Assembly (NCBI RefSeq): GCF_036321535.1
Contig: NC_087437.1
Location: 94,056,001-94,120,000 of the forward strand
Direction of reading: 5' to 3'
From: Camelus dromedarius
Lineage: Eukaryota
Length of the DNA: 64,000 bases
Positions 63,951 through 64,000 of this stretch are shown piece after piece. Positions within the stretch are counted from its first letter, which is position 1; every line of letters starts with the position of its first letter. The translations under genes were made by a program, and so were the position numbers. Below the pieces are notes generated by a model that saw only the letters and a list, made by a program, of their open reading frames with translations, searched no databases and was not told where the DNA came from.

Positions 63951-64000
63951 ATAAAAATATGTGAATCACAATATCTCTGAAATCTGCCCAGCTCTAACTC

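Noticed and set aside
63706..63964. Hydrophobic F/L/S-rich ORFs
   Set aside because: Translation of the TTTC microsatellite.
1..64000. CRISPR array, operon or novel protein-coding system
   Set aside because: Mammalian repeat-rich non-coding DNA with no regularly spaced repeat-spacer array and no long or recognisable host ORF.

Overview
AT-rich mammalian genomic DNA, most likely from a camelid (alpaca/llama/camel), judged from three copies of a tRNA-derived SINE matching the camelid vic-1 type and cetartiodactyl-type L1 3' ends. I found no supportable protein-coding gene: the supplied ORFs are short, start at arbitrary codons and mostly lie in repeats. The window looks like an intergenic region or a very large intron. 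It holds many decayed L1, L2, MaLR (MLT1), ERVL and ERV1 LTR elements and hAT DNA transposons, plus microsatellites and several kb-scale repeat-poor stretches that may be regulatory. The most notable items are a U6 snRNA-L1 chimeric retrocopy, a 5'-inverted (twin-primed) L1, a four-part rearranged L1 mosaic carrying an inverted ORF2 endonuclease snippet, an inverted pair of L1 tails with shared variants, and two MER41-like solo LTRs, one retaining GAS and IRF motifs. I see no evidence of a new protein-based system. Repeat subfamily names come from recalled consensus sequences and need confirmation with RepeatMasker/Dfam.
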